A DNA stretch of 48,499 bases from Halocafeteria seosinensis (lineage: Eukaryota): NCBI GenBank assembly GCA_001687465.1, contig LVLI01000083.1:1-48499 (forward strand), given 5' to 3'. The notes under the pieces are model-generated. The model ran no database searches. It was not told where the DNA came from and was given only the letters and a program-made list of their open reading frames with translations. The position numbers and the translations under genes are program-made. Position 1 is the first letter of the stretch. Every line of letters begins with the position of its first letter. Positions 47,758 to 48,499 of this stretch are shown here, in pieces.

Positions 47758-48499
47758 TCTGCTTAGAGCCAGTTTACAATCGTACGGCACAGAACCTGAG
47801 CCAAAATAGATGATACGCTTAAAGTAGCCCAATACCTCAATGCAAACACGACGAACAAACAATACAGTGTTTCCAGCACTACCCATGTCGATGACTCTGG
47901 ACTAGTAGCCTAATACGGTACGTAGCTATGTTGCTACGGTCGGAAGCGGTTACGCTTGCAACACTGACTACAGACGCCATCATTTGCTGTGATCTTTTCT
48001 TACCCTTGTCGAGAGAGCTTAAAATGTTGAGTTGCGGCTAAACATTCTCCTTGATTGTTTGCGTAGAAAACATTGTGCATTTACGCAATGCACCGTGAAT
48101 GTCTTGTTCTCCAGAATACCATAGCCGTCGGTTGAGGTTGAAGAGCTGTCTTGGAAATTCAACTGTGCTGTCTATTACATTACACACACTGTCTCTCGCT
48201 GCCTCTAAGGACGCCTTCAACATTACAACCGAAATCTGCAAGGGCAGCTTACTAGAAGCCCAGTGATATTTCATGTGTATATGAGCTGCGCCAAACATTT
48301 TTCAAGGGTAGGGTCACTCACTACCGGTATCCATTTGAGCACGTTACCACGCGGAACCCAGCGTCTTGGCTGACTCAGGTACAAGTACAACTACAGTACA
48401 GTAGTGTAGTGCTGGTAGTGCTGAGGGACCGCCAAATAGCGCCGATAAGCTAGTACCCATTTACATCATTGAGGGTGTAATCAAATCAAAGGCTATTGC
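46667..48499. repeat. Recent direct segmental duplicate of about 38100-39927 (continues past the window end)
   Basis: Nearly base-for-base identity at an offset of about 8.57 kb, including introns and upstream DNA. Confidence 0.95.

Overview
Gene-dense eukaryotic (protist-like) DNA with short GT-AG introns, mostly 60-100 nt. One snoRNA guide matches an 18S motif typical of SAR lineages, which suggests a stramenopile or alveolate host. (1) 1-4.4 kb: a transposon-derived block. It has a Helitron-associated DUF6570-like fragment, then an intron-containing gene fusing C2H2 fingers, a Mutator (MULE) DDE transposase and a Ulp1/C48 protease, then a Helitron-like hairpin-CTAG end. (2) 5.6-31.2 kb: housekeeping-type genes, namely an FHA-like/RING/PHD protein, a degenerate Maf protein, an LRR protein, COG5, a WW+CELF-type RRM protein, a secreted multi-CUB protein, PP2C, a BLOS2-like protein, an EF-hand protein, AADAT/KAT-II and an SS18/GIF-like protein. 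This region also holds an apparently non-coding spliced minus-strand transcript (~28.1-29.9 kb) hosting three intronic box C/D snoRNAs that the ORF track misses. (3) 31.9-48.5 kb: a birth-and-death tandem array of three CTD small phosphatase (DLDET) genes interleaved with four divergent R2R3-MYB genes, including a pseudogenised phosphatase+MYB pair and a recent near-identical duplication. Family calls come from motif recognition only, and exon boundaries are inferred from splice signals and frame continuity.
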